Both the position numbers and the translations under genes were made by a program. From an uncultured cyanobacterium (GTDB lineage: Bacteria; Cyanobacteriota; Cyanobacteriia; Cyanobacteriales; Cyanobacteriaceae), in contig CAVQBA010000004.1 of NCBI GenBank assembly GCA_963710605.1, positions 64,001 through 128,000 of the forward strand: a DNA stretch of 64,000 nucleotides, given 5' to 3'. This document shows, in pieces, positions 11,201 to 22,403 of the stretch. The number at the start of each line of letters is the position of its first letter. The stretch's first letter is position 1. The notes below the pieces were generated by a model. That model searched no databases. It was not told the origin of the DNA and saw only the letters and a program-made list of their open reading frames with translations.

Positions 11201-11484
11201 AACATATTATTGTCATCTCCCTGATTGATAGCTTCAAAACTAATCAATTGTAAACCTTGATTTAAACTATCATTAGTAATTACCTGAGTTAAACTACCTG
11301 CTCCTGATTTGCTAGCGGTAGCATTTTCTTGGGTTAGGTTTTGCGACCATTTAGAAGATTGACTTCCTACTAACCATCCCTGATCTGCATTATGCCAACT
11401 TGTATTTGAAACTTCAGTAAAGGTAGTTGTTCCATTAGAATTATTAAAATCGTGATTTAAAACAATGTTTTTAGATGTCAACAT
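8241..11484 (-). CDS. Large modular glycoside-hydrolase-like protein: two duplicated domains, (PTPD)n linker, Ig/cadherin-like domain, catalytic-like domain (three frameshifts)
   Basis: Merges ORFs 10585, 10160, 8483, 8241; duplicated NADQGWLV...LRLQ.YGI.GDFRMG domain; DVLNND..GQDSFEYTI Ig-like; IEYSNEVWN and AYEGGQH; paralog of 19251. Confidence 0.75.
10606..10925 (-). repeat. 12-bp tandem repeat TCTGGAGTTGG(A/G) encoding a Pro-Thr-Pro-Asp linker
   Basis: Directly visible array of roughly 26 units. Confidence 0.97.
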
Positions 11485-12200
11485 AAAAGAGTAAATAAAC
11501 TATATGGTAAGCAAATTTTTAAAAGATAGTTAACGCAAATTACTAGTTAATAAACCTAGGAATTTTATTTCGTTAAATTCATATCTATATATTGACCAAT
11601 TAATAAATAATAAAGATCAGCTAAAACATCCAAATTGTTTCTACATATAATATAAAAAAGTACTATTCACTTAATCATTATTACTTAAGTAAAGTGATCA
11701 TTATTTCTTTAATTACCCCTTAATAGCATTTATAATTTATGATTACTATCTATTCATAAAATTACTTATAGGATTAAAAAAAAATTTAAGAGTTATCTTT
11801 TTTTAATTGTCAATTTTAAAAAATATATTAGAAATTAATGATCAAGATTAAATGTTTAAATAATCAAGAAAACTCAACATCACATAAATTTATCTGTATT
11901 AGACATAAATGATTAATAATCTATTTATCGCCAAAACTTATTATTAGTCATAATTGGATAGCCAAAGCTTGTTTAACATTAATGCGATATGTTAAGTGAA
12001 CAGCATATTTAGGACAAAAAAATTAAGTATTAATTGCTCTATTTTTCAAAAAAACTAGAACTTCAGGATGAAAACAAACCTTAAAGTTTAATTCATAACG
12101 TTAAATGCATCTAAAAAAACGAATAAAACACCTAGTGGCTATCAAAATATAATATATAATGACTCATGTTCATTCATTAATCAGGTTACTCACTTAAAGT

Positions 12201-13559
12201 ATGTCTTCTCTTCAAAAAAAAGCTATCAAGCAATCTTTTTGGGTTGTTATTGGCTTCGGTGGCAGTCAGTTTTTACGCTTAATTAGTAATCTTATTCTTA
12301 CTCGATTGTTAATTCCCGAATTATTCGGTTTAATGGCTTTGGTTAATACTTTTATCATGGGATTGTATTTATTTTCGGATATAGGAATAAGACCAAGTAT
12401 TATTAGAAGTTCGAGAGAGATGACCCTATTTTTTTGAATACAGCTTGGACTGTTCAAGTAATTAGAGGAATAGGATTATGGATATGTTGTTTGATAATGA
12501 CTTATCCAATAGCAATGTTTTATGAAGAAACAAAGTTATTATGGCTAATTCCTATAATTGGTTTTACTACAGTTATTTCTGGATTTAACTCTACATTCTT
12601 TTAGCATTACTCAATCGTAATATTAACCTAAAAAAGTTAATTTCGATAGAATTAATCACTCAAATTATCGCTTTGACCATTACAATTATTTGGGCATTTT
12701 TTCAACAATCTATTTGGGCTTTAGTAGTTGGTACTTTTGTTTCTAAAATTATCCAACTGTATTGGAGTTATCTTATATGTGAGATGAAGCATCGTTTTAC
12801 GTGGGAAAAAGAAGCTCATTCAGGAATTAATTTCTTTTGGACGTTGGATATTTTTGTCAACAGCAATTACCTTTTTAGCAACTCAATCAGACAAACTAAT
12901 TTTGGGCAAGTTTTTTCCGTTTAGAAGCACTAGGAGTTTACACTGTTGCTTTCAACTTTGCTAGAAATACCTAAAAAGAATCGTTACTCAATTAGGCGAC
13001 TAATATACTTAATGCCTACTTGTGAGTCAAAAAATAGATTTACCCCGTCAGCAATTGAGGGAAAAAATACTAACTAAGCGAAAATGGTTGTTAAGCATGC
13101 TAGTATGATTGTTTGTCGCTTTTCTGTCTTGCTTTGGAGATTACATTATCTTGCTTTTGTATGACGACAATTATCAAGATGCGGCTTGGATGCTACCGCT
13201 CTTAGCCCTGGGGTTGTGGCCTATTGATTTTAAGCGATAGTATAGCAAAATCCCTTTTTGCCTTGGGTAAGCCTCAGTATCATACCTTTGGGGCTAGTTT
13301 TAAATTTGTTTATATGTCTATATTATTACCATTAGTTTTATCCAATCAAACAATACTGTGGGGAATAGTCGTTATTGCGTTTAACGATTTTCCCCTTTAT
13401 TTATCTGTTAGCTACGGGTTGATGAAAGAAAGTTTGTCCTGTCTTAAACAAGATATTATTTTTACAACTGGCTTAAGTGTACTTATAAGTATTTTTATTA
13501 TTCTGAGATTCTATATATTAGGCACATTACCTGTTTTATTCCAATACAGTGGATATTAA
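12201..13559 (+). CDS. Wzx-type oligosaccharide flippase (multiple frameshifts)
   Basis: SQFLRLISNLILTRLLIPELFGLMALV..FSDIGI; SIWALVVG; hydrophobic throughout; merges ORFs 12201, 12673, 13224. Confidence 0.85.
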
Positions 13560-13683
13560 TTAGTGCAAATCTAAATATAATTGACGCTACCTAATTATAA
13601 TTATTGTACTATCACAGACAAATTATCATATGCTATGATAACAAACTAATATTACAATCATAAAATTAAGCGTAGATATTCAC

Positions 13684-14289
13684 ATGAAACCCAATAAGAT
13701 ATTTGGTATAGGTTTTCAAAAAACTGGTACTTCAGTCCTTAGGGATTGCTTTAGATATTTTAGGATATAACGTTTGTGGATATAATCCTTTTAGACCATA
13801 TGCTAATTCAAAAGATTTAAGCTCAGAGATTCTTTTAGAAAAATGTTATCAATTGGCGGAAAATCACGACGCTTTTAAAGATACTCCTTGGCCGATTTTT
13901 TATCAAGAATTAGACCAAAAATATTCCCAATAGTAAGTTTATATTAGTTGTTCGTAACACATCTAGCTGGATTGATAGTACAGTTAGAGATTTCGGTGAA
14001 TATCCTAATGCTATTCATCAACTAATTTATGGTGTTAGTTATCCTAAAACAAACGAATCGGTGTGGATAGAGCGTTATGAACAACACAATCAAGAAGTAA
14101 TCGATTATTTTCAAAATCGTTCTGATGACTTTTTAGTTTTAAACCTTAGTCAAAGCGAATTATTCTGGGAAAAAATCTGCACGTTTTTAGACTTAGAAAA
14201 TCCTTAATCAACCATGGCCGAGGGCTAATACAAGAATGAACAAGAAATATCGACTTTTCCTAAATAAGGTTTTGAACAAATTAGGATAA
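13684..14289 (+). CDS. Sulfotransferase-family protein (frameshifted)
   Basis: Not in ORF track; joined frames read MKPNKIFGIGFQKTGTS..DAFKDTPWP..YQELDQK.PNSKFILVVR..W..S..HNQEVIDYF..WEKICTFL; end approximate. Confidence 0.75.
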
Positions 14290-14351
14290 ATTTCCCTGAA
14301 TAGCTACATTATTTTAATCAATTTGCTGAAATAATACTAAAAATAAAATAG

Positions 14352-15391
14352 ATGAGTAAACAAGTTAAAGTTAGGCTTCCTTCAGGAGTAAATTCGATCG
14401 ATTCTCTGAAAACGTTTACATATCCTTCTCGACTTGCCGCCGCATGGAATCCACATATTATGCACATACAAATACCTGCTTATGAGCTTGAACGTCCAGC
14501 AATAGAAATAAATATTTGCGAAGGTTTTGTTAACAATATTTTTAAGAAAAAAAATTATCCAATGTAAATTTTTTTGCAAAAAAATTTCGGGTAAAAAGTT
14601 CTAAACCGATAGATTTGGGTGATAAATACATTCTTGATGCCCGATATGAAACAGATAAAAATATTGCTCATATAGTTAAAAACGTTGCTCCAGGATTATT
14701 ACCCGCTCAAAAACTACCGCCACAAATCCCTGATATCACAGTTGTATTAAGTGCTGATTGTTCTAAAATGGCAAAAACAGCATATAAGCTTTTAGGTTTT
14801 TCTATTTTGTGTACCGATAAAGATGTAAAAGGAAAAATAATTGATGCACCCACAGGTAGATATGGACAATATGAAGTATGGTACAAAGAGCTTTTCGGTA
14901 AATTGAGTTTTGAAGGATATGAAAAAGATACACCTAAAAGAATTTTTATTTCTCGTAAAGGAAATAGAAGTTTGATTAATGAATCAGAAATAGAAGAGCT
15001 TTTAAACAAGTATGGTTTTAAAAAATTTTATTATGAAGATATTCCAATATCACAACAATGGTCAATTGGTAGAAATGCAGAAGTTATTGTTGGTTTGCAT
15101 GGTGCTGCACTAAGTAGTACTGTCTTAACCAAAATCAACTCAAGTTAATCGAGTTATTTCACCCTGGATATGTTATTGGTGCATTTAGACATATGGTTTA
15201 TGCTGTGGGGGGAAGTTGGTGCGGTGTAACTGGTCAAATCACTGAAGACGTAATTCAAAGTACTAGATTTTCAACACAAAGCTAGAACATTTGCTGGCTC
15301 ATCAACAATAATCGCTCCAAAATCTTTAATAATGGCTTTAGAACATTTAAAAGTAGAGCCGGTGACGTTAATTAATAAAAAAAAGACTTAA
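14352..15391 (+). CDS. Glycosyltransferase family 61 (DUF563)-like protein (frameshifted)
   Basis: PKRIFISRKGNRSLINESE..QQW...AEVIVGLHGAALS then LIELFHPGY in the next frame; end approximate. Confidence 0.75.
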
Positions 15392-15684
15392 CGCTTTTGA
15401 AAGTAGCTTATTTGACGGATTAAATTATTATCAAAAATTTTTTCAACAAACGAAGGTATAAAGGTATTAGAAAAATGGTAAGGTTTGGCAAAATAAAGAA
15501 TATCATTTTTATTTTAGTCAACGATGACGATTGACGAAATTTATCTGAATTTGTTTTTGGTAGGCTAGTTTCTGTTGAAATTGAAATAACTAATTTTCAA
15601 AATAAGATAATTAGAGAAAAAACTGTGGCGAACAATTACAATTAGAAGACGAATTAGACTATAGTTAATAGCAATAATTTTTTA

Positions 15685-16600
15685 ATGAACAAACCTGACT
15701 TTATCATCATCGGTGCGGCAAAAAGCGGTACAACAACTATTTATGAATATCTGTCTTTACATCCTGATATTTATTTAACCACTCCAAAAGAACCCGATTT
15801 TTTTTCTTTGAATCAACACTACAATCGAGGTATTGAACATTATCAATCATTATTTACTCAAGCACAAAGAAAATCAAATTTGTGGAGAAGCTTCAACTAC
15901 ATATTCTCGTTTACAACGCTATCCTGAAACTGTATCGAGAATTGCTCAATATTTGCCGTCAGTCAAATTTATTTACATAATGAGGCATCCTATCAATCGA
16001 GCTTACTCATTTTATTCCTATCGTTTTAAAGGAAGTAGGACTAATTGTGAATTTTTAGCATCTAGAAACGAACTGATGAAAGCTAAAACATTTGAAGAAG
16101 CAATACAACAAACATCTGAATTTATCGATAGTAGTCTTTATCTTGACCAAATAGAAAAGTATTTAGAATATTATCCTCGTGAATCTTTTCTTTTTTTATT
16201 CATAGAAGATTTAATTTCTAATCCTCAAGAAACAGTTACTAAAATTTTTGATTTTTTAGAAGTCGATGTGCCTGCCGATTTTTTTGCGGAAAAAGCGATC
16301 GTCTCTAATCAAAGAAATAATTTTCCTGATTGGTATGTTAAAAAACAATTAACATCGAAATTAAAACAAAACCCCCTGAGTAACAAGTTATTAAAGATAG
16401 TTCCTAAAAACTTGAAAAATATAATTTATCAAACATGGAAACAAAAAAATTATCAACAATGGCAAGAGAAAGAAAGTGAATATCTACCTCCACCAATGCT
16501 AGCCCAAACACGTAAAATGTTATTGGAAAGGTTTCACGAACCTAATCAAAAATTAAGCCAATTTTTGGGACAATCTTTCTCACTGGAACGAATAAAATAA
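15685..16600 (+). CDS. Sulfotransferase (frameshift near 15870)
   Basis: PDFIIIGAAKSGTT PAPS loop, KEPDFF, GEASTTY, IMRHPINRAYS. Confidence 0.9.
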
Positions 16601-16637
16601 AGTTTAGTACAGATTATTTAAGTAAAAACAAAAAACA

Positions 16638-17476
16638 ATGGTTTCAACACTAACATATCATCTTAATCCCGAATATTTGGATAAACTCGTTCAAGAATAT
16701 CACCAAAAATATATCTCAGCTAAGCCTTTTCCATATGTAATTATCGATAATTTTCTCCCAGAATACGTTTTAGAAGAAATTTTAACCGAATTTCCTTCTC
16801 CCGACGCAATTAAGTGGCAAACATTTGAAAGTTCAGCAGAAAAAAAACTAGCATCCACTTCTGAATTACAAATGGGAGAAGCAACTAGATTTTTGTTGTA
16901 CGAACTTAATTCAAGTATCTTTATCAATTTTTTAGAGCAGTTAACAGGAATAGACGGAATTGTTCCGGAACCCTCATTTTGTTGGTGGTGGTTTACATCA
17001 AATTGAAAAAGGTGGTTTTTTGAAAGTTCATGTTGACTTCAACAAACACAAAAAAATGCATCTCGATAGAAGACTAAATTTGCTAATTTACTTAAATAAA
17101 GATTGGCAAGAAGAATATGGTGGACATTTTGAATTATGGAATCAAGAGATGACTGGTTGCAAAAAAAGTATTACCTATTTTTAATCGCTGTGTAATTTTT
17201 AATACTTCAGATTTTTCTTATCATGGTCATCCTAATCCTTTAGATTGTCCTGAAGATAGAACGAGAAAATCTCTAGCTTTGTATTATTATTCTAATGGAC
17301 GACCTGCTGAAGAAATTTCGGAAAAACACACCACTGTTTTTAAAGAACGTCCAGGAGAAAAATTTATTTCCCGAAAAAATGGATTTAAATCTAAAAGCAA
17401 AATATTAGCGAAAAAATTGTTACCGCCGATTATTTTTGATTTGAAAAAATCTTGGTTTAAATCCAAGAGTGATTAA
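16638..17476 (+). CDS. 2OG-Fe(II) oxygenase (two frameshifts)
   Basis: PFPYVIIDNFL, GGGLHQI..LKVHVDFN, RRLNLLIYLN, SYHGHP, RKSLALYYY. Confidence 0.88.
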
Positions 17477-17577
17477 TCTTTGATCATAAATGTTGATTTA
17501 GCTTAGATAGTTAAATCAACAAGTAATTATTTTATGTGTTATAATCCGATTCCGTTCAACCTATTAAATTATAGCTT

Positions 17578-18984
17578 ATGAGTTTTCAAGCACAATTGGT
17601 AATGATTTTATGGATACCGATTGTTTTTTATTTATTTAAGCGTTTTCCTCCTTATCAAGCAATCATCAATTCTTTTATTATTGCTTGGTTGTTTTTGCCT
17701 CAAAGAGCAGGTTTTACTTTTTCAGGTCTTCCAGAATACGATCGAATTTCTGCCACTTGTTTGGGTGTTATCTTGTGTATTCTCACCTTCAAAGTCAAAC
17801 CACCATCACAATTTAAGTTAACTTGGATAGATATACCTATTATTACTTGTAGTATCTCTCCTTTTTTTTCCTCCATTACTAATGGATTAGGTCTTTACGA
17901 TGGTTTATCTACTGGTTTATCTCGGATAATTGTATATGCATTACCCTATTTTGTCGGTCGAATCTATCTTTCTAATTTAAAAATATTATCAAATTTTACT
18001 AAAAGTATCTTGATTAGTGGATTAGTATATGTTCCTCTTTGTCTAATTGAAATAAGGATGAGTCCACAAATGCACAAATGGGTTTATGGTTATGGTGGAA
18101 TTCTCGATTTTAGTCAAAGTATTCGCTATGGTGGATTTCGCCCTTCGGTTTTCCTCAATCATGGTTTGGGTGTAGGAATGTGGATGATGGCAGTTACCCT
18201 CATTGCTTTTTGGTTATGGCAATCAAAAGTAATTAAAAAAGTTTGGGGCGTTCCGATGAAGTTGATAATTATTGTATTAGTTATAACGTTTATCTTAATT
18301 AAATCAACAGGTGCTTATGGATACTTATTATTTGGATTAATAATTTTATTTAGTGCTAAATTTTGGCGTTTTTCTTTTCCTTTGTTAGGGTTATCTTTAT
18401 TGATCTGCTTGTATTTATTTATCGCATCAACAGGACAGTTAACGGTACCAAGAATAAATGCGATGAGTTCGACTTTATCTCAAGTTTTTCCTCAACAAAG
18501 AGTTCAATCATTATCATTTCGCTGGGAAAATGAGTATTACCTAGCTAGAAGAGCATTAAAACAACCTTTGTTTGGATGGGGGGGATGGGGACGAAATCGT
18601 ATTCACGTTGAAACTAACTCAGGAGAATTAGTTGACGTTAGCGTAACTGATAGTCTTTGGATTATCTCATATGGTATTAATGGCTTTTTAGGTTTAGTAA
18701 GTGTTTTTTGTGTGATGCTAGTTCCACCAATTTATTTTTTCTTTAAATATCCTGCTAAGTTGTGGTTCAAACCAGGAGTTGATTCTATGGCAGTACTGAA
18801 TGTAGTTTTAGTTTTATATGCTTTAGATTGCACTTTTAATAATCAATTCAATCCTGTTTTTATTCTCATTTCGGGTGCTATTTCAAGTTGCTTAGCCAAT
18901 AAAACTAAGCAAAATATACTTGAGCCTAAAAAATTAAGAGTAATCAAAGTAATCAACAAAGCATCGGTATCGAAAACAAACTGA
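17578..18984 (+). CDS. O-antigen ligase/polymerase (Wzy/WaaL)-like membrane protein
   Basis: 468 aa polytopic; EIRMSPQ, R.GGFRPSVFLNHGL, QSLSFR, PLFGWGGWGRNR, TDSLWII. Confidence 0.8.
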   Translation: MSFQAQLVMILWIPIVFYLFKRFPPYQAIINSFIIAWLFLPQRAGFTFSGLPEYDRISATCLGVILCILTFKVKPPSQFKLTWIDIPIITCSISPFFSSITNGLGLYDGLSTGLSRIIVYALPYFVGRIYLSNLKILSNFTKSILISGLVYVPLCLIEIRMSPQMHKWVYGYGGILDFSQSIRYGGFRPSVFLNHGLGVGMWMMAVTLIAFWLWQSKVIKKVWGVPMKLIIIVLVITFILIKSTGAYGYLLFGLIILFSAKFWRFSFPLLGLSLLICLYLFIASTGQLTVPRINAMSSTLSQVFPQQRVQSLSFRWENEYYLARRALKQPLFGWGGWGRNRIHVETNSGELVDVSVTDSLWIISYGINGFLGLVSVFCVMLVPPIYFFFKYPAKLWFKPGVDSMAVLNVVLVLYALDCTFNNQFNPVFILISGAISSCLANKTKQNILEPKKLRVIKVINKASVSKTN

Positions 18985-19250
18985 CTAACGTATTATTAAA
19001 AGTATCAAAGAGTTTTATTATTATCTTTTGTAATAAATTAAGTTTATAACTCTTTTTACTAAAAAGTTAATTTAATTAATATAAATCATAATTACAATAA
19101 ATGAAAATGAGATAACGTTGACGAACAAACAACCACTGGTTATATTTCTTGAATATATATTTAGACACATAATATAGCGTAACTAGGTATTTATATCTTA
19201 AATTAGATCAATCTGATTAACAGAATTATTCAAATAAATAAATTAATATT

Positions 19251-21023
19251 ATGTCAAAGGTAGATTCAAATTACATCGGCAAATATTCTTATCTTATATT
19301 AGTACTTTTGAGTACTTTGTTTTTAAATAGTTGCGAGAAAGAACAAGTACTATTATCAAATACTGAAAATAAAAATGAAGATATCGTTGAGCTTCAAAAG
19401 AAAGAAGATGTCGTTGATGTTCAAAATAAACTATCGATGGGTATCAATTTGAATGGAATTTCTTTTTGGTCAACGCAACTACCTTTTATGAACCATTTTA
19501 AATCTTCTCGTGAGTGGAGAACTCATTGTGCTAGAAAAGAAGTTGAATGCGAGAAAAAAAGAGATACTAAAGAATACGATTTATTAGATTTAGATGAAAA
19601 TGGTTGGGTTAAGTCACTTCCGAAACCAGAAGATACACCTAAATATACTCGTGTTAGTACTTCTATGTTTATCGGGATGAAAGATAATGAATTTACTCCA
19701 GGTAGATATCTCGTTTTATATGATGGTGAAGGAAAAATAGAATATAGTGGCAAAGCTAAAAAAATTGCTGAGGACTCTCAACCTCAAAGAGACGTTATTT
19801 TTCTCGATAATAGTACAGATAAAGGACTAGTATTAACTATTGCAGAAACTGATCCTAACCAAACTGGTAATTACATTCGTAATATTAAGGTAATAGAAGA
19901 AAGATATGAATCAGTTTCACAGCAAGGAGCAATTTTTAATCCATTGTTTATAGAAAGAATCAAGCCTTTTAGTACTCTTCGTTTTATGAATTGGATCGAG
20001 ACAAATAACTCTAAGCAAGAACAATGGCAAGATCGACCAAAAGTAGCTAATCGTAACTATTTCAAAACTGGCGTACCGATTGAAATTATGGTAGCTTTAG
20101 CAAACGAGTTAGATCAAGATCCTTGGTTAAATATACCTCACTTGGCTACGGATGAATATATAACTAATTTTGCTCAATTAGTTAAAGAAAACTTAGATAA
20201 CGATCGCCAAATATATATCGAGTTTTCAAATGAAGTCTGGAATTTCGGTTTTCAACAAAGTAAATATGCCGCCGCACAAGGTAAAGCTAGATGGAATAAG
20301 GAAGAAAACTCTTATTTACAGTGGTACGGTATGAAAACGGCTCAAATGTGCGATATTTGGAAAACAGTTTTTGCAGAAGAAAAAGACAGAGTTAAATGTG
20401 TAATTTCGACTCATACAAACGTAGAAGGGCGAGAAGAAGCTGTTTTAGATTGTCCTTTATGGGTTGCAGAAGGTAATAAACCTTGTTTTGAACACGGAAT
20501 ATCTATATATGCTATTAGTGGTTATTTTGGTGGTGAGTTAGGAAAAAAAGAAACCGTTCCTATCATAGAATCTTGGTTAAATCAACCTGATGGAGGATTT
20601 GAAAGTGCTTTTACGCAACTCAAAACAGGTGGTCTATTAGCTAACAAAAAACCAAGTAGTTTACAAGAAAAATATGATCTTTTTGTCTATCATAATCAAG
20701 TAGCCAAAGAAAAAAATTTAGAATTAGCTGTTTATGAAGGTGGGCAACATATTGTCGGTAGAGCAAGAGTCAAAAATAACAAACAATTAACGAGTTTTTT
20801 CCAAGAATTAAATCGTCATCCTCAAATGTATGATCTTTACGATGAATTACTCAATACATGGGCAGATTCAGGCGGAGGATTATTCATGCATTTTTCTGAT
20901 GTTAAACCAGTTAATAAACACGGTAGCTGGGGATCTTTAGAATACTTGAATGATACTGATGCACCTAAATATAATGCTTTGATTGATTTTATTAATAAAC
21001 ATAATACACAATCTAAAAAATAA
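19251..21023 (+). CDS. Glycoside-hydrolase-like lipoprotein, paralog of the 8241-11484 catalytic-like domain
   Basis: 590 aa; lipobox-like LFLNSC; GINLNGI, LDLDENGWVKSLP, LRFMNW, IEFSNEVWN, VYEGGQH, GSWG. Confidence 0.78.
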   Translation: MSKVDSNYIGKYSYLILVLLSTLFLNSCEKEQVLLSNTENKNEDIVELQKKEDVVDVQNKLSMGINLNGISFWSTQLPFMNHFKSSREWRTHCARKEVECEKKRDTKEYDLLDLDENGWVKSLPKPEDTPKYTRVSTSMFIGMKDNEFTPGRYLVLYDGEGKIEYSGKAKKIAEDSQPQRDVIFLDNSTDKGLVLTIAETDPNQTGNYIRNIKVIEERYESVSQQGAIFNPLFIERIKPFSTLRFMNWIETNNSKQEQWQDRPKVANRNYFKTGVPIEIMVALANELDQDPWLNIPHLATDEYITNFAQLVKENLDNDRQIYIEFSNEVWNFGFQQSKYAAAQGKARWNKEENSYLQWYGMKTAQMCDIWKTVFAEEKDRVKCVISTHTNVEGREEAVLDCPLWVAEGNKPCFEHGISIYAISGYFGGELGKKETVPIIESWLNQPDGGFESAFTQLKTGGLLANKKPSSLQEKYDLFVYHNQVAKEKNLELAVYEGGQHIVGRARVKNNKQLTSFFQELNRHPQMYDLYDELLNTWADSGGGLFMHFSDVKPVNKHGSWGSLEYLNDTDAPKYNALIDFINKHNTQSKK

Positions 21024-21050
21024 TATTGATTCAAAAAATATCAATTAATT

Positions 21051-22085
21051 TCAAGCAAATAAGTTTTTAAGATAATTAACTATTGATACTTGTTTTAAAC
21101 TAGATCGATAAGAAGAAAGACGTTCAATTTGATAAACAGAAAATTTAGAAGTGATATTTAATATTTCTGATAAATCTTTAAATTGTGGTCGAATATTTTC
21201 TTCTATTTTATAACCCATTTCTTGCATATATTTACCTGTAATTAATTGACAAATCCATACTTCTGTAGCTGTTAGGTTACGTTTTTTTTGTCCTTGAAAA
21301 GACGTGTTTTTGTTTTTTACTTCAATGGCTTTAGACATTTTAGTATCTAGAAAACTAGCTAATTGTTGGGCTTGTTCATCAGGGTTAGCCACTAATTTTT
21401 CAAACTGAATGATATGGACAGGGGCTTTTTTTGTTTTGATAAACTTTGTAACTTTTTGATATGCCATTTTCCAATATAAAGCATAAGCTAATGGATGATA
21501 TTGTCTATTAGTTCCATCTACTCCTTTCTCTTCAGGTAAATTTTTAAAAGAAGACATTACCTTACGTGGATTTCGCACTAAAAAAACAAACTTAATTTCG
21601 GGAAATAAATCATGTAATGCATCCATATGCATAAAGTCTTGAGGAGTCTTATAACCCCAATTGTGACGATCGTGATGTAAAGCAATTCTAGTCAACCATT
21701 CTTCTAAAACTTGATCCCATAACACATCTTGTCCTTCAAACGTTTGAAAAGCACATTCTTCCATTTTATCAACATCATCCCAAGTACAGTCATGCTGAAA
21801 ACTATAATTATTATGTTTTATTCTTGCTCTCAAAGACCAACCTAATTTGTTGAGCAATTGTTTGATTTGTGCTGAGGTTAAATACTGATCATCTTTTATT
21901 TTCATCGATTTTACTTGCTGATAAGCATACAAATCGTCGAAGACATACCAATCGTCTAATTGAGATAAAACATTAGATAAAAAAGATGAACCACTTCTGG
22001 GTAAACCGACTATTACTACGGGTGGTTTTGATTTTTTGACAAGCGGTGTGATTGAAAATAAAGGACTAACACTTTCGTTACTCAT
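21051..22085 (-). CDS. Sulfotransferase
   Basis: 344 aa; IVGLPRSGSS, WGYKTP, FVFLVRNPRKVMSS, FEKLVANP. Confidence 0.88.
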   Translation of the reverse strand: MSNESVSPLFSITPLVKKSKPPVVIVGLPRSGSSFLSNVLSQLDDWYVFDDLYAYQQVKSMKIKDDQYLTSAQIKQLLNKLGWSLRARIKHNNYSFQHDCTWDDVDKMEECAFQTFEGQDVLWDQVLEEWLTRIALHHDRHNWGYKTPQDFMHMDALHDLFPEIKFVFLVRNPRKVMSSFKNLPEEKGVDGTNRQYHPLAYALYWKMAYQKVTKFIKTKKAPVHIIQFEKLVANPDEQAQQLASFLDTKMSKAIEVKNKNTSFQGQKKRNLTATEVWICQLITGKYMQEMGYKIEENIRPQFKDLSEILNITSKFSVYQIERLSSYRSSLKQVSIVNYLKNLFA

Positions 22086-22403
22086 TTGTAATTATTAATG
22101 AATTTTATCTCGATGAACTCTGATTATATAATATATTTAAAAATGTGGCTATAAAATAAAAATTATCATCTTTAATCAAATAATTATTCAGGACAAGTTT
22201 TAAATTAAAATTATTTAAGAAAAAATTTTTTACTTGCTGAATCGATTCTGGTTTTAGCAACTAATCAAAAGATGTCTAGAGGAATAGATAATCAATCAAA
22301 ACAATGGTTAATTATTTTCATAATTGTAATAATGAGCATTCTTTAATTTGTTTTAAGTAAAACTCAATCAGTTTAATTATTAACTGATCAATTTCTAATT
22401 AAT

